A DNA stretch of 64,000 nucleotides from contig NC_083237.1 of assembly GCF_032191835.1 (NCBI RefSeq), positions 10,788,001 to 10,852,000 on the forward strand, in the 5' to 3' direction. Shown one piece after another: positions 34,810 through 47,460 of the stretch. Under the pieces are notes generated by a model, which saw nothing but the letters and a program-made list of their open reading frames with translations, made no database searches and had not been told where the DNA came from. Source of the stretch: Heteronotia binoei (Eukaryota). The translations under genes and the position numbers were made by a program. Position 1 is the first letter of the stretch. Each line of letters begins with the position of its first letter.

Positions 34810-37800
34810 GTCTCACACCAGAAGTGCACCATCTGATTGGCCAAAGTCCCGCCCCACAGGAAAAGAGCCACTGCTATAAGGAAAAATTCCAGGAAGATCA
34901 GATTCCGACACAGATCCGACTCCACGCACTCCTGGGGCCACAGTTCTGCACAGCAGTGACCTCTAAAATAGACCCCAAAGCCAGTGGTGCCAGTCACGTC
35001 AGAAATTATCTGGAGTTCCGCCTCCAGTCTCATGTCTTCCTGCCCGAACTAAACACTGTTAAAGGCTTGCAGGAATTTTTCCCACGCTCCAAGGTCCCTT
35101 CTCATGCCCTCCGTGACCTAGGTGTGTTGATGTGGCAGCACCAGTGATGCCATGGCATCACAGAGACGACACAAGAATGCTCTCCTGGGTGCAACCTTGC
35201 AGGCAAAGTTCAAATGGCCTACCAACCATTGCAACTCCAGCAAAGAGACCTTTCACTTACCCATCACAGCCCGTACCATGCTAAGCAGGTTTTGTAATTT
35301 TTCATTGGGAAGCCAGGATGCTTGTTGCCTAGTATCGAGTTCGATACCCAAAAAGGTCAAAACTGCAGCCGGGCCTTCCATTTTTTCCCCGGCCAATGGG
35401 ACCCCAAGGTCCCTGGCCAACTTCTCAAAAGTAGAGAACAACTGGGCACGTTGTCCAGATCCTGCGGGGCCCACAAAGAGGAATCGCCTAAATAGTGCAC
35501 CGTGGTGCACAACCCAGACCTGACTCGCAGGGCCCATTCTAAGAATGTCCTGAAACTTTCAAAAGCAGCGCATGAAATGCAGCAGCCCATGGGCAATGCC
35601 CTATCCATGTAAAAAACTGTCCTCAAATGCAAATCCCAACAAGTTGAAGTCTTTGGGGTGAACCCAGAGAAGGCAAAATGCCGACTTAATGTCGCATCAC
35701 GCCATCTCCACATCAAGGTTGCAGCTCCATACAATGAGCACTGCCTGATCGAAGGACGTATATTTAACAGAGGCCAACTCCTCGGGTATGACGTCATTCA
35801 CTGACTGCCCCCGAGGATAAGAGAGATGATGGATTATGTGGAACTTGCCCGCCATCTTAGGGATGACCCCCAGAGGGGACACCCGAAGGTTGGGCACCAG
35901 GGGGTCCTTGAAATGGCATAAAACTCAGCCCTCCTAGCATTCCTTCTGAATTTTTGTCCACACTATGTGCTCCATGCCTTTAATGGAGCACAAGTTTGAA
36001 CTTAAGAATGGGGACCTTGGGCCTTGATAGGGAATTCTGAACCCATAAGCAAATCCCTCCCAAAGGTACCGCCCTACAGTCCAATCCGGGTATTAGTGTA
36101 ACAGGTTCCTAAGAACTGTCAGACAAATGGGGCTGGGCCCCTTTTCCAGACTGCTGCCCTAGCCCGCTCCCACCCCTGTGCTTGCCGGCCCCTTTGGGTT
36201 TGACCCTATTACATGCTGTGAAAGCATGGGAACCACCGCACAATGGGCACTCGTGCTTATACCTACATGCTTTTCTCGCACAGAGCCCCTGGGATGTGAA
36301 CTCCCAACAAAGCAGCCATGGTTGAACCAACTGCCCCGCGGGAGCGCGGGTGCCCAGTGGGTTAGCGGATTTATGAACAATATGTCCACTGTCGGACCTG
36401 TCTCCCAAGTTTGGTTTAGCAGAGGCCATGAGTTGCAGCCATAGTTGCTGGTTAATCTGATCCCATGGGAGACCAGGATTAACTGCTGCCCTCATCCAAA
36501 ATTCCTCATTGTACTGAAGCCACGCCCCTCCACTAAAGTCAGTATATGCTCGATATATAATATCACAATACTGAAAAAGGGGGGTGGCCCTTCATGGCTG
36601 CACCCGAGCAATAACTCCCGCACAGATGAGGAATCCCGGCAACCGGTTGGCCAACGTCCTGTTCACTATTTGCTTTTTTAGCTTTTCTTTATCTTTCTCG
36701 CCCAGCTCGTCTTTAGATTTTTTTCTCCAACTCCCTGTATAGTAAACTAAACACATCTACATACTCCCCTTTTAGAATCTTATCCCTGGTAGCCACCGTA
36801 AGGTAGTCACCAAGTGGCATAGCCAGATCCCCGAATGGGAGGGCATAAAATGGGACCGCGCTGTAAGAAACTGGCAAATGGGCAGGGAGTCCGCTGGCTC
36901 CCCACTGCCCTGCTGTGCCAGTCCAAGACATGGAAGGGGCCTGCTGCCAACCCCAAGGCCAACCGACTTGCGTTGACTGAGGCATCGCCACAACCATGGC
37001 CCCGCCCTGTCCATACAGAGCCATTGGCATGTGCCAAAGGAACCAGTCCCCAAATGTTCTGAGTCGACATGGTAGCCATCCGGTCCAGCGACGCACCACC
37101 TGCAGGCTGGCCAGAAAGTGAACCCACCCCTCTACCACCTGCAAAGCCTGTTGTAACTGCCGCTAGAGGCGACTGAGCACATACCCCCCCACCAGGTCCC
37201 CAGGGGCCCCAAGGCCAAATGAGACCCTGCGGTTGTGTAGCAGACCCACTGCCACCACCTCCAGTTCCTCCTGCTGGTCCTCTTCTTTGGGTTTTGACCC
37301 CCCAACTGCACTGCTGCCTTCGCTTGAGTCCTGCAAAGCAGAAAGACAGGCCAGCACTTCCCTCTGGAATGAAACAGTGACTGCCCACCCCATGCCCAGT
37401 AACCCTGGGAACCCAGTGTCTGCTCTGAGCACTGCTTCTCTCCCACATCGAGTCCTCATGGTGGGGAACCGCCCGCAGCCACCGCGCTCGCCCACTGCCG
37501 CACCAAAGTGGCCTGACATGCTTTCCTGGGCCTCTTGCTGCCACTCTGCTGCACCTCGTGCCACTTAATGCCCACTCCCAACCTGGCCCGGCCCCCACAC
37601 TAACACTGAGGGACAGCCCAAAGCTGCTGCCATGGCACACGGCACCATCCGACGCTCCGAGACCCGCTGCTCGGCCGAAGAGGACACAGTCTTCCTTCCC
37701 GGCCTGGGGGGGGGGGCGGGCTGGCTCTTTTAAGCATGTGCCCGTCTCCTGAGCTCCCGGATGGCTGGGAAGGTTCCACTGCCTCCCCTCCTTTCGGACA

Positions 37801-38131
37801 GTGTAATGTACTCAGAGACGAGATGTGTCGATGGCAACATGCTTTATTAGATGGTACATTACGGAACTGGAACACACGGGCTGGGACCCGCTTTACATAC
37901 ATTTCCCGGAATAGCCCCCCAGCTGGCCAGCCCAATCCTAGCCAGTCAAAGTTCCCGCCGCTGATCTTGATAGGCGGAGTCTTTCCCGCGCTGCGCTGGG
38001 TGACCAAGGGACTTCCCCTGGTCGCCCTTTACTGCGGGGCCGCGTGGTGCCTTGTTTAAGCACAAGACACTACAGACAGCCCCCAGCCTCATCAGCCAAT
38101 CGGCTGGTCGGCTGGGAAGGGGCCGAATTCT
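34810..38131 (-). mobile_element. DIRS/Ngaro-like retrotransposon, degraded and 3'-truncated (gag-like CCHC region, RT, RNase H; tyrosine recombinase not seen)
   Basis: CWEF...C...HECPLCGGSH zinc finger; PNLRVSPLGVIPK...IHHLSYPRGQSVND; ALPMGC...HYLGD; EKMEGP...LTFLGIELDT; RNase H-like SDVTG..GFG...LEFFLIAVAL...HFWC. No TSD seen. Confidence 0.85.
37802..38074 (-). mobile_element. Solo LTR (273 bp) nested in the 5' region of the DIRS-like element
   Basis: TG...CA ends with short imperfect terminal inverted repeats; 5-bp TSD GACAG at 37797-37801 and 38075-38079; AATAAA on the minus strand near 37845. Confidence 0.85.
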
Positions 38132-40556
38132 ACCCACTGCTGTATACTGAGAAGGAGAGAAAGGGGCACACAAACTGATTAAGCAGAAGAAAGCTGAAGT
38201 GACTTCCAGTGACTACATTTGAAAAATGTAGAGGTGTAATTATGCAGGGATGAACTACTTCAGAATTTGAGTTTATATGTATTTTAAAAAGAATTTGCAT
38301 TTTCTGTGGTTAGCTAAAACTTGCATTTTGGCATACTTCGATGGCTCCATTCATTAGGGAGGGCAAAAACATCTGAAGGTTCACATCTTCTCTGAAGGCA
38401 CAGATGGTTTTCATTCATGACCTCACTTACTAGAAATGTTTGTGAACCTTCTTGACTCCTTCCACAAGAAATTGGTATACCAGTTGCCTAGTATTATTTT
38501 TAGCTGTCAGTCACAGTACCCTTTCATCTGTCATCTATCTGCATTGTCCTATTGGAGCCATTGGTGGATGTTGTCTGTCTCTCTTTCTTAGTCTCAAATT
38601 GTCTGCCTTTAATACTATCTTTTTTTTTATTTTTTTTTAAAAACCTCTTTATGGATGCTAGAAGTGTATATTATTTTTATTATGTGTGTTTATGTGAAAT
38701 ATGCCATCAACTCACTTCCAATTTATGGTGACCCTATGAATTAACGTCCTCTAAAAATCCCATTATCAACAGCCTTGCTCATGTCTTGCAAACTAAGGGT
38801 CTTGACTTCCATAATTGAGTCCGCCCATCTCATGCTGTGACTTCTTTTCCTACTGCCTTCAGCTGGTTTTTTTTTTTTTGTACTTCTAAAAAGAGTTTCA
38901 GCTTATATTCATTTCTCTCTCACCCATTCCTATTGATGAAGAAAGAATATCAGAGAATCTTGTCATCTCACTGAATACTAATCTGCCAACAATTCCTTGT
39001 GTGTCTGTCCTCTCTTTCCCAGTCTAAGCATCACTCTCACCTTTTCAGGTGTCTGTGCTCATTCTATTTTTTTTTATTCTGGTAAGTGATCAGCACCTTC
39101 TCTTTTTCATGGCTCGAGTACCTGTACAATCTGTACATCCCATATTGTTGGGGCATATCTATCTTAAACCAACCTGTTGTCTGGTCTAGTGATAAAACCC
39201 CCCTCGCCCTTCTCCATGTTCATACCTCCATCCCGTCTGTATACCAAATATTCTACTGTTTCATAATGATTCCTCCGAATGCATGTGTCTTTACTCATAC
39301 ACGGAAAGATTTCTTGAATATAATAATAATCATACGTTTTATTTATATCCCACCCTCCCCGCCGAAGCAGGCTCAGGGCGGCTCACAACATATAAATTCA
39401 GTATACAATAAAATATCCGTACATTTCAATAAATAATACATTAAATAAAACCATCATTTAAAACCAACATTACTATTAAAATTAGCATTTTTGGTGCTAC
39501 ATCTCAGATCTTCAATGAATTTAATGGCTGGATACGTCTACAGCGGATTAACTTAGCTCTTGTCAGGGATCACTTCCTACATGAGAGAAACTGAACACAT
39601 TTTGAGTACTAGTCATTTAGATGTCTCTGAGTGTACTGCTTAGTTACACGCCAGGTGCTACTGATTACTGCTGTGGGTAGATGACATCACCTATGCTTAC
39701 GCAACACGCTAAGTCAGAAGCTGATGCAATCTCTGGCCAGGTTGCATGATAGACATGAGTATAAAGTGAGGACAGCAAGTTGTTCTGCACAGCATGCTGT
39801 CCGTCTGTTTGGTGAAACCGTGAATCGATCTTAGAATTGTATTTGGACCATTCTCTGTAACTACCGCTATCTTTGACTGAACGGTATGATTAACCCTGGC
39901 ATGGCTAAGACTTCGAGTAGTGGACACTGTTCTGGTAAATATATTAACTGAAACCAGAGTTTGCCTCTGTCTGCTAACTGTGTGTGGTCTTCTGTTCATA
40001 CTATACGCTTCCCCAGCAGCAGCTTCCGAGAACTATGCTCTGCTAATTCTCTAACAGCTCTATATTTAGGTGAAGAGCAGTCTTGCAGACCCTGTGAAAT
40101 TGATCCAAGACTTCGCAGGGCCCGTACTTCATCCGGAAGTTGATTTCACCAGTGTGGAGCTACAATCAAAAAGGCCCGTTCTTGAGTGCTCTTCAATTTG
40201 GCCTCCTTCAGCCCAGGGATTGTCAACCAGTTCTTTCCCGCTGACCTCAGTACTCTCTGGGGCTCATATGGGGAAAGATGGTCTCTAAGGTAGGCAGGCC
40301 CTCAACCATATTAAATGTGAACATCCACATTTAATTTTATCAATATGCCAAATCAAAGAAAAGTTATAGCCCCTATTTTTGTCTGGCGGATATTCTCCGG
40401 AGCCTAGTTCTGGATCAGTCAATTATCTCTGGGAGATTATATTTCTTTAGTCTATTTATAGAATGAAGGGGATATTAGAAAACAATAAAACAAGAATAAT
40501 TTGTTTTCAACTGTTCCGCTTGAATGTAAGTATAGTTTTTTGAAAATATCTGAGTG

Positions 40557-40853
40557 AAGGAAAGGAAAGGTCCCCTGTGCAAGCAGCAGTCGTTTCTGAC
40601 TCTGGGGTGACGTTGCTTTCACAGCATTTTCACAGCAGACTTCTTACGGGGTGGTTTGCCATTACCTTCCCCAGTCATTTACACTCCCCCCCCCCAGCAA
40701 GCTGGGTACTCATTTTATCGACCTCGGAAGGATGGAAGGCTGAGTCAACCTGAGCCGGCTACCTGAAACCAATTTCTGCTGGGATCGAACTCAGGTCATG
40801 AGCAGAGCTTAGGACTGCAGTACTGAAGCTTTAACACTGCACCACGGGGCTCC
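40557..40853 (-). mobile_element. Sauria SINE ending about 40 bp upstream of the third OR start codon
   Basis: Reverse complement of the family. Confidence 0.8.
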
Positions 40854-40892
40854 ATTCACCCATTATTTCCTCAGATTCATAGGAGTGAAGTA

Positions 40893-41861
40893 ATGGCTTT
40901 GAACAATTGCTCAAGAGTGAAAGAGTTCATTCTTCTTGGATTCCCACACACAGGGGGAATAAATATTGCTTTATTTGCAATTATCCTTGTATTCTATATT
41001 TTGACCATTTCAGGAAATGGTCTCATTATTGTGATTGTGACAGCTGATCACCAGCTCCAGAAGCCAATGTATTTCTTCCTTAGCAATCTTGCTTGCCTTG
41101 GAATGGGGCACACCACATCTATCATCCCCAAGATGTTAGCCAGTCTTATTTCAGAAAACTCCACCATCTGCTTCCACTGCTGCTTGATGCAGATGTTCAG
41201 CTTCTTCTACTTTGGGGTGACCGAATTTTTCATCCTGACTGCCATATCTTTTGATAGGTACTTAGCTATCTGCCAGCCTTTACGGTATACCATGATTATG
41301 ACTTCCAGTCTCTGCCTTCAGCTTGCAGTGGCTTCCTGGGCTGGGGGATTTTTCTGTATAATTTCCCAAATGATGATGATGGCAGTGCTTCCCTTCTGTG
41401 ATTCTGACACCATCAACCATTTCTACTGTGACTCAGGACCCCTATTGAAAATTGCAGGTGGGGAAACACAACTGATTGAGGTTCTCAATTTTCTGGTGGC
41501 TGTGACTGTGGTACTAACTTCTCTGCTCCTGACAGTGATCTCTTACATCTTTATCATCGTCACCATTCTCCACATCCCTTCTACCAGCGGACAGAAGAAG
41601 GCCTTCTCCACCTGTACTTCTCATCTGACTGTGGTCACCATATACTACGGAGCTGTCCTTTTCATCTATTTGAGACCAAGCCTTACAAAGTCTTCTTTCA
41701 GCCACAATAAAGCCATCTCTTTGCTGAACACTGTGGTCATCCCTACGCTAAGCCCGTTCATATACACCATCAGGAACATGGAAGTTAAAGAGGCAGTACG
41801 GAAAGTCTTAAGAAGAAAGGCAGTGACTTCAGAAAAAGGTCTACAAAAGAGGGCAATGTAG
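40893..41861 (+). CDS. Olfactory receptor (OR6-like), 322 aa, with several non-canonical motif residues
   Basis: Open frame with LQKPMYFFLSNL, ISFDRYLAICQPLRY, KAFSTCTSHL and PTLSPFIYTIRN. Confidence 0.92.
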   Translation: MALNNCSRVKEFILLGFPHTGGINIALFAIILVFYILTISGNGLIIVIVTADHQLQKPMYFFLSNLACLGMGHTTSIIPKMLASLISENSTICFHCCLMQMFSFFYFGVTEFFILTAISFDRYLAICQPLRYTMIMTSSLCLQLAVASWAGGFFCIISQMMMMAVLPFCDSDTINHFYCDSGPLLKIAGGETQLIEVLNFLVAVTVVLTSLLLTVISYIFIIVTILHIPSTSGQKKAFSTCTSHLTVVTIYYGAVLFIYLRPSLTKSSFSHNKAISLLNTVVIPTLSPFIYTIRNMEVKEAVRKVLRRKAVTSEKGLQKRAM

Positions 41862-42569
41862 AGACATATTGCATTGATGTAGTTAAGTATCTGGAATGTG
41901 AACTTGTTATGATATAGCCCAATTTCATCAGATCTCAGACACTAAGGAGGATCAGTACTTGGATAGCAGACTAGTAAGGGATAATCTACAGAGGAAGCTA
42001 TGGGAAACTACTTCTGCTCCTCACTTGCCTTGAAAGCTCTTAGACAAGTATCTGAACCCACAGAGCAGTAGGTTCAAATACAAAACAACTCCTGGTTTAC
42101 AACAGCATACTTTAAGCTCTGTTTCTGAGAAGCATTTTTTTTTCTGTCTATACAGGACTTTTCATATATATAGTTTTCTCTTATATGGGTCTCTTGTCCT
42201 CAGGAGGTTTATTAAGGACTGGCATTCATTTGCCTTTTGGATATTTGTTTAATAGATTAATATATTGTCAATATTGCAAAAGTTCTAATATATTTCGAAG
42301 AGCCAAAATAACTGGGATGGGATATTTTCTTTGAGCTCTAAGATAATAGTTTCATTTTTTTTTAAAAAGCCCAATTTCTGAATTGGTAACAATGTCAAAA
42401 GCCATCTTCCTTTCATCCAGTTTATGAATGGGAAATATTATTGTCAACTGGAAAAAAAGATGGGGGGGGGATCCAAACCAATGGCCTGTACAGTTTCAAA
42501 TGCATCAAAGTAAAAGGAGTGAAAATCGAGAGTCTAACTAGACTGGAGAGTGATGTTTTTGTTTGTTTG

Positions 42570-42856
42570 GGCCGTTTTCCCACTTACCTTACCTCGGAGC
42601 GACGTCCCTCTTCAGCGCGCTGCGTCTGCGCGGATTTCGCACAAACTGCTGCGCAGCACCAGGAAGAGCCGCGTAGTCCCGGGGCTTTTGCGTCGCAAAT
42701 GTAAACCGCCAAAAAGCAGGTTTACATTTGCGACGCAAAAGCCCCGGGACTACGCGGCTCTTCCTGGTGCTGCGCAGCAGTTTGTGCGAAATCTGCGCAG
42801 ACGCAGCGCGCTGAAGAGGGACGTCACTCCGGGGTAAGGTAAGTGGGAAAACGACC
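42570..42856. mobile_element. PIF/Harbinger-type MITE forming a near-perfect 287-bp hairpin
   Basis: Arms are complementary almost to the centre (GGCCGTTTTCCCACTTACC...GGTAAGTGGGAAAACGACC); 3-bp TSD TTG. Confidence 0.88.
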
Positions 42857-42888
42857 TTGGTTTTTGTTCATGGGTGTCATGACATAAA

Positions 42889-43176
42889 AGAAAAAGGGTA
42901 GTCCCCTGTACAAGCACCAGTCGTTTCTGACTCTGGGGTGACATTGCTTCACAGTTTTTCATGGCAGACTTTTTTACGGGTGGTTTGCCTTCCTCAGTCA
43001 TTTACACTTTACTCCCAGCAAGCTGGGTACTCATTTGACCAACATTGGAAGGATGGAAGACTGAGTCAACCTTGAGCTGGCTACCTGAACCCAGCTTCCT
43101 CTGGGATTGAGCTCAGGTCATGAGCAGAGCTTGGACTACAGTACTCCAGCTTTACCACTCTGTGCCACGGGGCTCC
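42889..43176 (-). mobile_element. Sauria SINE
   Basis: Reverse complement of the family. Confidence 0.8.
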
Positions 43177-44310
43177 CCAAACTGCAGGGAGGGTGAGGTA
43201 GAGGCGGGGGAAAAAAGCATAGGCATCAAATAAGACCCCTAAAAATCACTGAGAAGTGAGAAGGGGAAATGACAGCCTACTTGAGATTGCTCAGGACTAA
43301 TGTAAGAGATCCAGGAAATAGATGTGGTAAGAAGGACATAGCTAAAAGGCAGACTCAACAATAATTGTAGAGATGAGGGCCAATTTGATGGGATATGGTA
43401 GAAACCTCGGAGAACATTAGTCAATGAGTAGGGTTGCTCCATCCCTCCTGGCAACTGTTGCGGGATGGAGGGAACTCACTAGGAGCTGGATGGAGGGCCA
43501 GTTGACATTATAATGAGGTATCTATGTCACTGAAGGTGATATCATCAGAAGGCATCATCAGGGCGAGACTGATATTTCAACAGAAACTCTATTACCAATT
43601 TGTTTTCTACCATAGACTTTTTGCCCAAATACAGAGCATTGTCCTGATATTGCTGATGTGTCGACATCACTTTTAGGTCATGTTGAAAGCTACCTAGATA
43701 CAACTGCAATGTCAATTGGACTTTACCCTTTTTCCGATAAGCCTCTCCTTCTGGCCAGTGGCAATGAGGTAGGGCCTGGCAGCAGGGGACCCCTGCCTCC
43801 ACCGAGAGGTCTGGGAACCCCATCAAAAAAGCTTGGAGTCTTCATAACCTAAAGATACCAAGTCCCCCTAGGGATGAGGGAGAAAGTATTCCTAGACAGA
43901 AAGAAGGAGAACTGCAGAATCCTCTAGCAGGCACCACAGAAGCACGGCTAGCTGGTCACCTTCCCTTAGGTAGCGAAGTTTCTGGGCTTTGTGGTCATAG
44001 TATCTTCCTTGACTTGTCTACTCCCCTGCTGTCTGGTGGTTTTTTCCTATTCCCCAACCTAGGGAATATCACAATGTGTCTGTCTCATTCATTCCACCAA
44101 GCTTTTACTTGATCCAGCGGGCACCCTATGAAGTCATCGCTCCGCCAGCACATAGCACCCCACCATCAAGGTGCTTTAGCTGTGTTGAAAGCTTCCAGCC
44201 TACACAATGTTGTGTAGTCTGTTGTACTGATTACTGCTCTCAAATCCGATCACCATTTTTGTGGTGATGATGTTTTTGAAGTGATTAATTTTAATGTTGT
44301 TTTAATGTTT

Positions 44311-45151
44311 GGAACACTTTCCCTATGAAGAAAGGTTAAAACGCTTGGGGCTCTTTAGCTTGAAGCAACGTCAACTGTGGGGTGACGTGAGAGAGGTTGA
44401 CAAGATTATGCATGGGATGGAAAAAGTAGAGAAAGATGTACTTTTCTCCCTTTCTCACAATACAAGAACTCGTGGGCATTCAATGAAATTGCTGAGCAGT
44501 CGGGTTAGAACGGATAAAAGGAGGTACTTCTTCATCCAAAGGGTGATTAACATGTGGAATTCACTGCCACAGGTGATGGCGGCTACAAGCATAGCCAGCT
44601 TCAAGAGGGGGTTAGATAAAAATATGGAGCAGAAGTCCATCAGTGGCTATTAGCCACAGTGTGTGTGTGTGTATATATATATAATTTTTGGCCACTGTGT
44701 GACACAGAGACCAATTTCGCACTAGAGCTTTAATCCTGGTTTAACTCTATCCCCAAACTGACTTTCTACACTAGAATCATAGAATCAGAGAAACCAACTT
44801 TATGACTCTATGATTCTATGGTTTTAGTGCAGAAAGTCAGTTTGGGGACAGAGTTAAACCAGGATTAAAGCTCTAGTGTGAAATTGGTCAGAGTGTTGGA
44901 CTGGGTGGGCCATTGGCCTGATCCAACGTGGCTTCTCTTATGTTCTTATGTGACACAGAGTGTTGGACTGGATGGGCCATTGGCCTGATCCAACATGGCT
45001 TCTCTTATGTTCTTATGTGACACAGAGTGTTGGACCGGATGGGCCATTGGCCTGATCCAACATGGCTTCTCTTATGTTCTTATGTGACACAGAGTGTTGG
45101 ACTGGATGGGCTATTGGCCTGATCCAACATGGCTTCTCTTATGTTCTTATG
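44311..45151 (+). mobile_element. CR1 3' fragment ending in four tandem 67-bp tail units
   Basis: EHFPYEERLKRLGLFSL...RVINMWNSLP; units recur with a 67-bp period (44951, 45018, 45085). Confidence 0.92.
44709..44889. mobile_element. 181-bp hairpin MITE (PIF/Harbinger-type) inserted in the first CR1 tail unit
   Basis: GACCAATTTCGCACTAGAGC...GCTCTAGTGTGAAATTGGTC; 3-bp TSD AGA (44706-44708 and 44890-44892). Removing it restores GACACAGAGTGTTGG. Confidence 0.9.
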
Positions 45152-46244
45152 TAATGTTGTAAGCCACCCTGAGCTCGCTTGTGGGATAGGATGGGGTATA
45201 AATTGAAAAAAATTAAATTACATTAAAATTAAATTAAATATGGAGGTGGTATGTAATGGTAATAAAAGCAAGCAGGTAAGAACAACCAAACTCTTTGCTC
45301 TTTTCACAGTGTTCCTCCATATGTATTTTCCCAATTTGGTTGAAAAGTGAATGTGATTTGACCTCAGAGAAAAGTTTTGAACTAGCGGAGGGCTTGGATG
45401 GACCGACATAGCAAGAAAGCCCATAATATTGTGAGCCACACTGCATATATATATATGTCGACCTATAGTTGACACCAAGAGACTAATGTTTAAGTGATGC
45501 AGAGAGCTTTTTCTGTCCCTGTTTAGAATGGACAACCTCCAGGTGGGGCTTGAGAATCTCCTGGAATTATGACTGGTCCCCAATCTGGAGAGATAAGTTC
45601 CCAGTGGAGAAAATGGCAGCTTCAGAAGGTGGAATGTTTGACATGATACCCTGCTGAGGTCCCTCCCCAGGATCCACCCCCAAATCTCCAGAAATTTCCC
45701 AGCCCAAAGCTGGCAACCTTCCTCCTCTCCCTTTCAGAAATGGAGCAGGTGACTTGACTGGGAGCAAACACTATCCAAAGCAATTGTCGGGCATCTTTGC
45801 TATCTCAGAAAGCGCAGCTGTTTCTCGCCGTTTCAGTGCCCGCTTCAGCTAATAAGGTATTAACTGGTCAGTTTGACCCTGAGAAAGAATTGTGGCCAGT
45901 GCCGGATCAAACCCTGTGGAGGCCCCTAGGCAGTCAAAATCTTGGGGAGCCCCTTGCAAATTGTCTCAGAATCAGAGCACCTGCCCTGCCTCCTATGGCC
46001 CCCGCTGCAGCCTGCAGGCACCTTCTCAAAAACCCCTTTGACAAAGCTGTGAGGAAAGGCAGCAAGAGGCAAACTTGGTGGCTATGCCAGTGGCCGCTTC
46101 ACCAGGCAAGTCAGGCATAGAGTGGCTCAGTTGCTGGCTGCATGTGCAGGCTGGAAGGGCTGCAAGCAGGGGGGAAACCAATGAGGAGGAGGGGGGAGCC
46201 AGCTTGGGGCCCCTAAAGAAATGGTGCTTACTTTGCCTAATTGG

Positions 46245-47460
46245 TTTTTTTATTATTTATTTATTTTCCATTTATATCCCACCCATTCCAAATGGACTCA
46301 GGGCGGCTAACAATCATATAAAAACCAACATCTCAATTTCAAATATAAAACAATAAGACAGTCAATTATAATTTTAAAACTATTTAAAAGTAATGGTGCT
46401 ATACAGAGTATACAATTTAACTGTTGGTGGTTCTTCTGGTGGAGTTGCCCAGCAGCATAAAAGCGGCAGCCTTCTCCCCTAGTTGTTACAGGCCTGTTTA
46501 AAAAGTTAGTTTTACAAGCTCTGTGGAATTGGGAGAGATCCCACAGAGCTCTTATGGTCTCAGGGAGTGCATTCCACAACATTGATGCTGCCACTGAGAA
46601 GGCCCTGGCCCGTGTAATGCCCAGTCTGGCCTCCCTTGGTCCAGGGATGGACAATAGATTTTTAGTTCCTGAACACAGTACTCTCTAGGGAACATATGGA
46701 GAAAGGTGATCCCTTAGATAGGTCCTCAGCCATATAGGGTTTTAAAGGTCAATACCAGCACTTTGAAACGGACTTGGAACACAACAGGCAGTCAGTGAAG
46801 CTCTTTCAGCACTGGTTGAATGTGGTCCCATCTCAGGAGTTCCATTAACAACCATGCTGAAGCATTCTGCACTACCTGTAGTCTCCAAGTCAAGGGCAGC
46901 ACCGTGTAGAGGGCATTGCAGTAGTCCAGGGGAGGCCAACAGTAGCTCTTCAGATTTTTTTTTGCCTACAACTCCCATCAGCCCCAGCCATCAGCCATGC
47001 TGGCTGGGGCTGATGGGAGTTGTAGGCAAAACATCTGGAGAGCTACCATTGGCCACCCCTGCAGTAGTCTATTCTTGAGGTGACCATAGCATGGATCACC
47101 ATTGCTAAGTCACGTTGCTCCAGAAAAGGGGCCAACTGTCGTACCTGCTGCAGATAGAAAAAGGCAGACTTAGTGGTGTGTGGGAGTTGTTATGTATTGG
47201 GAGAGTTCTAGTGCCACCATGGAGGACACTAGATCCACCACCCAACTAGAGGCTGCGTCCTCAGCATAGACATTGAAGTCACCCAAGATTATCAGTTGAG
47301 GGTACTCCAAGGCCCAGCCTGCTACAGCCTCCATCAGGGACAGCAAGGCACTGGCCGGTGCGTTAATCCAGCCCTGATTGTGGCCTCCTCATATTGCCAC
47401 AGACAATGTTCTCTTTGTGCCTGTTTCTCATTGCCAAATATAAGAGAATATTTCAGGTAG
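46245..47460 (-). mobile_element. L2-clade LINE remnant with internal deletions
   Basis: RAFSVAASMLWNALP...RACKT C-terminus; endonuclease-like LIILGDFNV near 47270-47300; (TATT)n tail near 46250. Confidence 0.78.
46927..47061. mobile_element. 135-bp hAT MITE inserted in an L2 fragment
   Basis: CAGGGGAGGCCAA...TTGGCCACCCCTG; perfect 8-bp TSD CAGTAGTC. Confidence 0.9.
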
